Positions 52,537 to 64,000 of a stretch of DNA of 64,000 nt are shown piece by piece. The notes beneath the pieces are model-generated. The model ran no database searches. It saw only the letters and a program-made list of their open reading frames with translations, and was not told where the DNA came from. The position numbers and the translations under genes were made by a program. This DNA is from Octopus vulgaris. Taxonomy: Eukaryota. Location of the stretch: positions 93,868,001-93,932,000 of the forward strand of contig OX597823.1 of assembly GCA_951406725.2 (NCBI GenBank). Direction: 5' to 3'. Position 1 is the first letter of the stretch. The number at the start of each line of letters is the position of its first letter.

Positions 52537-53974
52537 ATAATAAATGGCAAGTTTGTGTGTTTGTGAATTTGTTTAACTTCTCCGAGACTATGCAACAGAC
52601 CTTGATAAAACTTGACACGTGAATGGGGTTTATGCCCGTGCGGTCACTTACGCAATCGGAATTTAAAACGAAATCGATTTTTAATCATCATTCATTTTTC
52701 AAAAATCGTAAAATTTCAGCATTTTTTAACTAGACACCGTGACATCAATTTGACGAAAAATGCCGAAATTTGACGAAAAGCCTTTTATGGGTACAAGCAG
52801 ACAGCTTATTAACGGTAATCTACTTAGCATTTCCTATTTCTTCATTTCAATGCGAATTGTTTTTGATTTGCTAAAACTTATTATTTCAATTCGTTGTTTC
52901 AATTCCCCAGTGTTTCGGGTTTTGATTAGGTAAGAGCATTTTATTTCTCAAGCAAAATTTAGGCATTTTGGGCACTAGCCCTCGTGACATCAATTTGACG
53001 AAATCTGCCCCAAAGAGCAAAATTTCGCCATTTTACACACATGCACAGAAAAGATGACGACACGAGTTCGCTACCAGACTCTGCTCATTTTTTCATCAAA
53101 TCTTTTTCATCAAATTTTTGAAAACTGTCGAGATTTGACGAAAAATGTTTCATGGCCATAAACAGAAATCTTATTAAAGGTAATTTATTTACCATTGTTT
53201 TATTTTTGATTTGCAGAAACTTATTTTAATTCGTTGTTTTAATTCCCAAGCGTTTCAGATTTTAAATAGGGAACTGCATTTTATTTGTCAAGCATTTTCT
53301 ATTCAGCATTTCATGCATAACCATAGATATACTTACTGATAATCAAACTACATTTATACAGATATATATTTATACTTATATACAAGATTTAATTTATCAG
53401 TAAACCTCCTCTTAAGTTGCGGATAATTTGGAGTTCAGATTTGCGTTAAGTTATGACATGAACATTAACTATTATAGAAGGATCGGGATCTTATATCAGT
53501 CTTTTAAAACAGGGAATATTCCCATGCGAGCCCCAATTTACTTAAAAAGTCAGGACTTATTATCCACCATATCACTCAGGCAAAAGGGATTTTAGTCCTC
53601 GGATTGGATAACGCGTAGTAATTTGACAAAGCACGAAACATGTAGTTTAGCACCCTAACTTGAGTGGATTATGTACATGGAAACTGAAAGAAGACTATTT
53701 TATGTATGTGTATATTCCTGTGTGTATGTGTCTGTGTTTGTAGCCCCACCATTGCTTGACAACCGATGTTACTGTGTTTACGTTCCCATAACTTAGCGGT
53801 TCCACAAAAGACACTGATAGAAGAAGTACTAGGCTTACAAAGAATAAATCATGTGGTCGGTTTGTTCGACCAACGGTGGTGCCCCAGCATGGCTACAGTC
53901 ACATGACAGAAACAAGTAAAACAATAAAAACTATGCCATTTTAATCCCGAGCAAGGCCAGATATCTCTCTGATA

Positions 53975-53975
<1 letters not shown>
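52535..53975 (+). mobile_element. Decayed non-autonomous Helitron-like element with internal tandem duplication and nested family A SINE (53630-53930)
   Basis: 3' end 'cccgagcaaggccagatatc..gatag' resembles the 44186-44214 end; duplicated blocks start 'cgtgacatcaatttgacgaaa' at 52738 and 52983. Confidence 0.5.
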
Positions 53976-54032
<57 letters not shown>

Positions 54033-54400
54033 CAATATTCACGTGTGTTTAATAAATGGTTTCTGGCAAGTATATGCTTAAACCCTTAAGAGCAAATTAC
54101 TCTAACATAGCTATAAATATTCTTTATGCTTTCATTTCACAAGTTTACAAGTTCCCATATTTCCATACTTCCGCTCAACACAGCATCCCATGAGGTTAGT
54201 CGATTTTATTGAAAAAGTATTTTTTTTACTATATATATATATATATATATAATTTAATTTGTTTATGCATTCTACTTTATTAATACACATTATAGCTTCC
54301 ATTGCCTGTTTTTGAGGTGAACATGACATACATATATATATATATATGAATGTATAAGCACGCACATGCACTATCAATAAATAAATGGATAGAAATGTAC

Positions 54401-54470
<70 letters not shown>

Positions 54471-54591
54471 AGAGAGAAAGAAAGAAAGGAAGATAGAATG
54501 ATAGATACTTAACAGATTGTTGATTGATATTGTTGTATACATATACAAGCTTATATATATACTGACTTGTATCGATATATTCATATATACA

Positions 54592-54660
<69 letters not shown>

Positions 54661-54699
54661 ACCCTTTCCATATACACCCACGCCCATTTCTACACTAAA

Positions 54700-54751
<52 letters not shown>

Positions 54752-54944
54752 GTGTGTCTGTATGTTTGTATATAAACACCTACCTATATTTCTGTATGGG
54801 TTTGGCTGTTTTGTTGTTAATGTTGTTGCAGTTTTTGCCAGCAAGAAAAAAATTCTTGCTTGCCATATTTGATTGTTTTAAATCGCCTCCCGAGTAACCT
54901 CACCTAAGCATTATGCATCTCATAATAATTCATTCATCCTTGAT

Positions 54945-55140
54945 TTCTAATTTTGGCACAAGGCCACGAATTTCAGAGAGAAGGTGTAAGTCGATTTTTT
55001 CGAACCCACTGCTTGACTGATACCTATTTAATCAATTCCGAAAGAATAAATTGTAAAGTCGACCTCGACGGAAGTTAGAAGCAGAATGAAAATACAGATG
55101 AAATACCGCGTAGCTAATGGTTCAGCCACCTCGCTGCCAT
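54945..55140 (-). mobile_element. SINE family B, diverged
   Basis: 'aaagtcgacctcgacggaa..acctcgctgcc'. Confidence 0.7.
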
Positions 55141-55167
55141 ACCATGTGGTCATATTCCTAACGATAA

Positions 55168-55750
55168 GACGGCGAGCTGGCAGAATGGTTAGCATGCCGG
55201 GCGAAATGCGTAGCTGTATGTCGTCTGCCGTTACGTTCTTTGTTCAAATTCCGCCGAGGTCGACTTTGCCTCTCATACTTTCGGGGTCGACAAATTAAGT
55301 ACCAGTTACGCACTGGGGTTGATATAATCGACTTCATCTGTTTGTCTATCCTTGTTTATCCTCTCTGTGTTTAGCTCCTTGTGGGTAGTAAAGAATAGGT
55401 ATTTCGTCTGCCGCTACGTTCTGAGTTCAAATTCCGCCGAGGTCGACTTTACCTTTCATCATTTCGGGGTCGATGAAATAAATACCAGTTATGCACTGGG
55501 GTCGATGTAATCGACTTAATCCGTTTGTCTGTCCTTGTATGACCTCTCTTTGTTTAGCCCCTTGTGGGTAGTAAAGAAATAGGTATTTTATCTATCTTTA
55601 CGTTCTGAGTTCAAATTCCACTTAGGTTGACTTTGCCTTTCATTCTTTCGTGGTGGATAAATTTAGTATCAGTTGCGTACTGGGGTCGATCTAATCGACT
55701 GGCCCTCTCCTCCAAAAACGTCGGTCCTTGTGCCTTGAGTAGAAAAGAAT
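55168..55750 (+). mobile_element. SINE family B with three tandem internal units
   Basis: GTTCAAATTCC at 55242, 55425 and 55609 (183-184-bp period). Confidence 0.88.
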
Positions 55751-56099
55751 ATTTCTACACAATGTATGAAGCTGTCTCTTTGTATTCTTAAGCACTAACA
55801 AAAGGTACCCTTATCGGTTGAAGATGTATTGTTGTCCAGTGTGACCCAAAGGGTAGACTTGAGATTCTAGTGTCCACAACGTTTTTATATATTTAATTAT
55901 TTAAAAAATTTTCTTGTCCTCGTATTTTTTTATTATTTTGTTCTTACGTGTCTCAAGTCGGACAGATGTGATCAAGACTGGATTAAATGTTATTCCAGTC
56001 TTGATTATGTATGCATCTCTGTATATATAAATATCAATCAAACAACAAACTATTACGTATCTAACAATATATCAACCTATCTTTCGTTCTTTCTTCCCG

Positions 56100-56144
<45 letters not shown>

Positions 56145-56196
56145 TGTGTGTGTGTATGTATATTCCTATTCATTTATTTATGGCACGCGTGCGCGC

Positions 56197-56229
<33 letters not shown>

Positions 56230-56231
<2 letters not shown>

Positions 56232-56440
56232 ACCTCGTGTGCACCGTTGGCAATTTTTTTTCCTCTGTCTTCCCTTCTCGGGATCTTTCCTTCTCCTAGG
56301 TTTCCGACGAAAATCTCCGCTCGAAACGTTAAACCCTCCTTCTTCCCTTCTTTCATGAGCGTCCAATAATACTATATTTGTTCCACGTTCTCGCGTTGTT
56401 GTGTTTTTTTGTGTTTTCTTGTTTGGTTTAACTTTAACTA
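56230..56440 (+). mobile_element. ~200-bp (TA)n-embedded element with degenerate minimal HHR (copy 2)
   Basis: GGTTT-CCGACGA..GCTC-GAAA-CG-TT-AAACC at 56299-56335. Confidence 0.7.
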
Positions 56441-57164
56441 TATATATATACATTGTCTGGGAGACTTTTCTTATAGTAGAGGAAATAGCTAAAATTTTTT
56501 GGCTGCTATTTCTAAAAGTTCGGTGTGTGGTAAAGTAAAGTATTTTACTGAACCCTAATTATATAACGTATGTTTTAAATATACCGTAAATGGTCTTTTT
56601 ACATACTGAACACTACTTGGTAAAATTATTAATTAATAATTAATTAATTTTACCATTTTATTATTGACTATATATATATATAACATCTAACGGGATATAA
56701 ATACTACTTGATGTGCGCAGTAGGAAGATGAGAGCTACCAATTGTTTCTCGATGTGAACTCACATAATTCTTGAGCAAAAGACTATATTAGTAGCACTTA
56801 TCTTTATTGTGTGTAGATTAAATTATACACACACACATATTTATTCATTTATTTATTAAGTAATTTATTTATTTATTCATTTATTCACACATCAAGCTTC
56901 TTCTCCCGATCAAAACCTTCACCCACAAGGTATCGGCTGCTCCGAGTCTATAACTGAAGGCACTAACTCAAGGTTCTTTGCAGTGGGAATGAACCCGATA
57001 TCAAGTGGTTGCAAAGGAAACCCCTTAACCACAGGCTATGTCTCTTAATATATACATGTTTCAGTAGCGATAATAATTGAGTTCCCCTTCTCATTGCTAC
57101 ATATGTTTCAGCATTTTTAGAGCAGAACATATTTAATTTGACATTTGTAATACGGACAAATAAG

Positions 57165-57583
57165 TCAGCCATTGACATCTTCTCTGCAATGTGTTATTAT
57201 CACTGTTTTTGTTGTTGTCATTGCTGTTTGTTTGTTTGTTGAGCGAAGCGGAAGAAGTCCCGAAACGTGGTCCTTTGCTATTCGTAAGACCCGCAGAAGA
57301 AAAAGCAGGTCAACCCCCGACACCGAGAGCATCGACGGATGGATGGATGCGCATCCAGGCTCAGTGGTTGCGTAGGAAGTCGGGGACAAGAAACAGGAAG
57401 AAAGAGTGAGAGAAAGTTGGAGCGAATGAGTACAACAGGGGTCGCCATCACCCTCTGTCGGAGCCTCGGGGAGCTTTAGATGTTTTCGTTCAATAAACAC
57501 ACACAACGCCCGGTCTGGGATTCGAAACCGCGATCATCTGACTGCGAGTCTGCTGCCCTAACGACTGGGCCATTGCGCCTCCA
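57165..57583 (-). mobile_element. SINE family C
   Basis: Reverse complement head 'gggccattgcgcctcc' at ~57567-57582. Confidence 0.85.
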
Positions 57584-58489
57584 CTGTTGTTGCTGCTGTT
57601 GGTTTTATTGATTAGCCTTAGGTCAGTACGGACTAAACCTATGTATTCCATCTACGATTGCTTGTCCTCGTTTTCTAAACGGAACCCTTCCAAAATCACG
57701 TTATCCAGTTTGACGCCTTTTTAGGGTGGCATGGCCTGTTTTGCGGCTAATTTAGCTCGTATTTCCAGCAGACAAAATACTCCTCCATGCAGCTTTTTCC
57801 ATTACCTCATGTCACTTTGTTGCTAATGGGAGCCGTTATATTTTTGCTATTGCTGTTCTTGTTGTTGCTAACGCCACCTCCTTCATCTTCATCGTCGTCG
57901 TTGCTAACTCCATCTCCTTCATCTTCGTCGTCGTCGTCACCCTGGTCGTTGTTGATTAATAGTGTTGTGAGAAAACAAATAGTTTTTCATTCGGATTTGT
58001 TTTGGGTTTTTTTTACTTCGTAGGAGATATATCGGAATTCAGTTGTCTTCCTGAATTCTATTTAATGTAGATTAATTACTCACTCCCCCCTCTAGCCATT
58101 CACCTGCAGATAATACTGCAGGCTAATGTTCTTTAAGCTACCTCAATCTAGCATTATACATATACAACGAAAACACTGGAATATCTACTTGAACTGATTC
58201 CATAACCAAAAGCATAGCTTTCTTCTACAACTCGAAACAGTTAGGTTTGGATATATTTAGGTGCAGGCATGGCTGTGTGGCTTAGTATCTAGGTTTACAA
58301 CCAAATCATTTCGGGTTCAGTCCTACTGTGCCTCAGGTTGGGCAAGTGTCTTCTACTGTAGCACCAGGCAGGCGAATGGATTCGAAACTGTGTGAAGCGT
58401 GTCCTATATATATGTGATTGTATATGTGTGTGTATATATATATGTGTGGTGTATATGTGTTTATGTATATACATATATATATATATATA

Positions 58490-58685
58490 TAAAGTTAATC
58501 CAAACATGAAAACACAAAGAGAAAACACAACAACGCGAGGATGTGGAACAAATATAGTATTATTGGATGCTCAGGAAGGAAGGGAAGAAGGAGGGTTTAA
58601 AGTTTCGACCAGAGCTCTTCGTCAGAAACATAGGAAAAGGAAAGATCCAGTGAAGGGAAGACGGAGGAAAAAAAATCGCCAACAC
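58490..58685 (-). mobile_element. ~200-bp (TA)n-embedded element with degenerate minimal HHR (copy 3)
   Basis: Minus strand GTTT-CTGACGA-AGAGCTCTGGTC-GAAACTTT-AAACC at 58594-58629. Confidence 0.7.
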
Positions 58686-58704
58686 ACAGGGTACACATAT
58701 ACAT

Positions 58705-58800
58705 ATACAAAGATATACATATACAAAGGTATACATATACAAAGATATACATATACAAAGGTATACATATACAAAGATATACATATACAAAGGTATACAT
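58705..58800. repeat. 16-bp minisatellite x6 with alternating A/G variants
   Basis: ATACAAAG[A/G]TATACAT repeated six times. Confidence 0.9.
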
Positions 58801-61243
58801 ATACATATATACATACTTTACTGCGTCCCAAGTTATCAATGTTTATACTGATCCGTAATCATGTGTGTTACTGCCATTAATATCCGCTGTCTAATTTGTT
58901 CGCTTTTATGACCGTAGAATGCGAACTTCAGCCAATGAGGTAACTACATTTGTATGTTCTAGAAACAACGTGGAGGCTCATTACTAGATGCCATATTGAT
59001 TAAATATATCGTTAAGGAAAGCTATTCAAGTATAAACCATCGTCTTTTGTTTGTTTATATGTGGCCGCAGAGGGTAAATAATTTCTATTTTGTTTATCAT
59101 TTTCGAGTGTGATTTGAACGCTTTTAGCTGCTATTTCTAGCACGATGTGTGATGGCTTTAGGCTCTAAAATTAGCCCCTATTATTATTGGTGTTGCTGTT
59201 GTAATTGTTTCTGTGTGATTTTTGTACTGATGATGTTTCTGCCTCTGATGTTGCTGTTGATTTTGTTATTGCTGCTGTTTATGTCGTTGTTGTTATTGTC
59301 ACAAACGCTGCTGTTGCTGTTGCAGATATCGCTGCTGTTGTCCTGTTATTGCCGCTGCACTTGCCAACGTTACAGTCAATGCAATAACTAGCAGCGCTTT
59401 CATCTTTTATTGTTGCAGATGATGGTATTCATGTTGTTATTGTCACTGCTGTTGCTAGAATAAGTCCCCTTTGAAAAATCCCCCACATCATCAGGTCCTA
59501 CCCCAATTGCCAAACATTAATAATGAGAAGCTAAGCTTCATATATGTCGGTGCTGCCATCTGGAACAAGTTTATCATGGTGTGTCGTCTCCCTTGGCTCT
59601 CTATATGATCAACTGAAATTTTAAAATGGAGATCAAACGACGTTACACATCTCTCTATTTCGCTTTACATCACTGTAGCACTTTCGCTTCTGTTATATGT
59701 CTATCCAGTTAAGTAGTATGCTCATACGTACATATATGTATATAAACCTATATATATATTTATATATACATATATTGATATGTATATATACATACACACA
59801 CAGACACACACATAGCCACTTATATATATATATATATATATTTATGCATGCATAAATACATATATGTACATACATATGTATGTATGTATATACACACGCA
59901 TACATGGGCACAGGACACCACAGAACGTAAACAACATGAATTACGAAAGCAACATGAAATACGAAAACATGGAATACGAACTATTTTTCGGGAACAACGA
60001 AAGAAACAAGTGGAAAACAAGACGAGCAGCACAAAAAACGACCCTTCATCAGGTGTTGGGTGTTTTTACTTCGTATTTCGAGCAATTCACGGCAAGTTAC
60101 GTTTTCGACAAAACAGTTGCTCCCGCAAACCAAATTTAATAAAATTAGGGATTTTGCAGAGGGTCATACACACACATATAAAATTTTGAATACACATACA
60201 GACACATACACACATACACACACACACACACGCACATATATATATATATATATATATATGTATGATTATATACACATAGATAATAATAAAGATCTACATA
60301 CATATATACGTACGTACATAAATAAATAGATACATACATACATACATACATACATACATACATACATACATACATACATACATACATACATACATACATA
60401 CAAGTTGCTAAGATCTGCTTCTCCAAACCAGATTTGACAAAATTTCTGAGAAAAAACAGTAGCTATTTATATCAAATAGTATTTGAAATGTAGGAAGATT
60501 GCGTTAGCATTATCATCTAACAAACCTATTAGATGGCAATTGCAAGACAAATACAAGCCACATACGTACTACAGTAGAAGAGCGTCCTCAATAACCACGG
60601 CTTTCCAAACCAAGACGTAAATAGTTGCGTTCATTTAATCTGCCTGAAACCACAAGGAAATTACCAAAATACTCATTCCAGTAATAGAAATTATAGCAAA
60701 AAGTATTAGACTGTTGCTTGATAAACATAATTAAATTCAAAGAATAAACTTTTGTTGACAATATTTCTGTATTAGTGGCTACAAAGACGGAATAGGTAAA
60801 ACAGAAAACGCAGAAACCAACTAAATTACAATAAACGTTAACGAAAATTAGGAACTATAATTACGCAACCTTGTGACACACGAATCGCATTAAAAAACGT
60901 AACTAGCGTAGTGATTGGGTTAAATTTATGTGGGAGAAAAAAAGCTTGGGAAATTACTACGAGAAAAGAATTTATAAACAGAAACATTTCAAAATGTGTT
61001 TAGTACACGATACTAAATAACAGGAATAAACACAAATAGACTATTATATAGCAAAATTATATCGAAACGATTTCTACAGCAGAATTAAATAAAAACAATG
61101 AAGACCCTAATTTAGAACTAATTAAACAATAAACCAAATAATATTGCAAAGAACGTAAAGGAAAATCACCCACCTCCGATACGTGTATACATACATACAT
61201 ACATACATACATACGCATTCATGCGCACAAGCACACACAACAC

Positions 61244-61855
<612 letters not shown>

Positions 61856-62224
61856 TTATTGAAACATCGAGTCACGAAACGAAATTTCGGTTTCAGTTGC
61901 AAAGGAAAAAAATCATCTTCGCTATGCAACATGCATTCAGCAGTCTTCTCTCTGACATAAAACAACACACACATGCAAAAACACATATATACACATGAAC
62001 ACACACACGTACAAACACACATATATACAGAGCGTGAGACAGATAGACAGACAGACAGGCAGACAGAGAAGGAGAGATAGAGAATACAGGTGTATCAAAT
62101 AACATACAACATGAATTCTTGGTTTATGAAAATTACCTCCTCTACTAAGGAATGTGTCATGTTTACCAAATCCCAGCAAAAACCAGCTCCTCTTGAGAAA
62201 GGGAGACAATCTCATGTGTCAAGT

Positions 62225-62815
62225 ATTCTTATTTCTTTACTACCCTCAAGGGGCTACACACAGAGGGGACAAACAAGGACAGACAAACGGATTAAGTCGA
62301 TTATATCGATCCAAGTGTTTAAATAGTACTAATTTAATCGATCCAGAAAGGATGAAAGGCAAAGCCGACCTCGGTGGAATTTGAACTCAGAACGTAGCGG
62401 CAGACGAAATATCTATTTCTTTACTACCGACAAAGGGATAAACACTTAGAGGACAAACAAGGACACCAAACGGATTAAGTCGATTATATCGACCCCAGTG
62501 CGTAACTGGTACTTAATTTATCGACCCCAAGAGGATGAAAGTCAAAGTCGACCTCGGCGGAATTTGAACTCAGAACGTAACGGCAGACGAAATACCTATT
62601 TCTTTACTACCCACAAGGGGCTAAACACAGACGGGACAAACAAGGACAGACAAACGGATTAAGTCGATTATATCGACACCAGTCCGTAACTAGTACTTAA
62701 TTTATCGACCCCGAAAGGATGAAAGGCAAAGTCGACCTCGGCGGAATTTGAACTCAGAACATAGCAGCATACGAAGTACCGCTAAACATTTCACCCGGTG
62801 TGCTAACGTTTCTAC
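62225..62815 (-). mobile_element. SINE family B with three tandem internal units
   Basis: Three copies of 'acaaacaaggac..acggattaagtcgattatatcga..ggaatttgaactcagaac'. Confidence 0.88.
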
Positions 62816-63328
62816 CTAGAGTAGAAAAGAATCGTTTAATTCGCAAGCATAAACTATTTTTAAGTCCATATTACAATATGACAATACAGTATGGAATTTA
62901 ATAAACCACTTGTTTTCTATATATTATTGGTTTCAAATGTTGGGTGAAGGCCAGCAGTTTCGGGGAACGGGGTGTGAGTTGACACCAGTGCTCAAATGGT
63001 ACTTATTTAATCGAACCCGAGAAGATGAAAGGCAAAGTCGGGCAGGGCGAATTTTGAACTCATGTCGATTATACAATATTACTGAACAAGAGAGTTATCC
63101 GTCATATGACACGTAACTCTGAAGGTTTAGTTTTACCAACATGGGGTAACATCAGGAAATCTGGAACCAATCGACTGCAGTGATTCTGCTCTAAGCCAGG
63201 TACTTATTTTATCGGTCTGTTTTACCGAACCACTAAGTTATGGAGACGTAACACACCAACAACAGTTGTTGAGTTGTGGTCGGGGACAAAAACATACATA
63301 AAGTGACCTACATTCACACACACACGAG

Positions 63329-63405
<77 letters not shown>

Positions 63406-63426
63406 GTATGTATATATATATGTATG

Positions 63427-63478
<52 letters not shown>

Positions 63479-63538
63479 AGTATGTATATATATACATATA
63501 TGTATATGTATGTATATATATGTATATATGTATGTATG

Positions 63539-63581
<43 letters not shown>

Positions 63582-63637
63582 GCATGTATGTATATATGTG
63601 TGTGTGTATGTATGTATGTATATATATATATATATAA

Positions 63638-63930
63638 AGGGTAAAGATTCCTTTGGTCATGAATGGCCATAGTATTGCACGTAGAAGATTCCCCTCCCAG
63701 GCACAAATCCAGGAAAGGTTGCTTATGGAACACCAGCAGCCGCCCATGTATAACAGCCCTGCCTCTGAACGTCACCAATGTTATCTGAGGGGAAGGCAAA
63801 GGGGCCGATACAGCTTGGCACTAGTGACGTCGCAACTCATTTGTACAGCTGAGTGAACTTGAGCAACGTGAAATATAGACATAAAGTGTCTTGTTCAAGA
63901 ACACAGCACAACAGACCGGGCCGGAAATCA
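63638..63930 (-). mobile_element. SINE-like repeat
   Basis: Homologous to 47110-47330; 'gtgtcttgttcaagaacac' body motif. Confidence 0.6.
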
Positions 63931-64000
63931 TGTGTGGTCATTTCTATAACCCCCATAATTTATAACTATCATTTACTATCTCTCTTTTTCCTCCTCTCTC

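Noticed and set aside
59480-59660. L2/CR1 3' remnant ('GAAIWNK..FKMEIK')
   Set aside because: Too short and degenerate to call as a feature.
60030-60125. Minus-strand GAAA...CTGATGA in a dispersed repeat, possible type II hammerhead
   Set aside because: No stem I or stem III pairing could be drawn.

Overview
AT-rich, microsatellite-saturated animal DNA, most likely an Octopus (cephalopod) intergenic or intronic region; this is inferred from the tRNA-like SINE families and the (TA)n/(GATA)n load. No host protein-coding exon is confidently recognisable, and almost all track ORFs are microsatellite artefacts. The centrepiece is a near-intact ~6.3-kb Penelope-like retroelement (PLE, ~9799-16083) inside (TA)n. 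It has a 448-aa coiled-coil/basic ORF1, a possible U_UUU_UUA -1 frameshift junction, RT + Zn-linker + GIY-YIG, and ~460-490-bp inverted terminal repeats whose homology stops exactly at a splice-acceptor-like AG. The window also holds many type I hammerhead ribozyme (HHR) motifs in short (TA)n-embedded elements, including a 454-bp retrozyme-like tandem at the window start. A ~220-nt G:U-biased hairpin lies at 23777-23999, and several other fold-back elements occur. Decayed mariner, RTE, Tx1/L1, CR1/L2, PLE, Helitron and MITE copies and many SINEs fill the rest. All alignments were done by eye; repeat boundaries are approximate.
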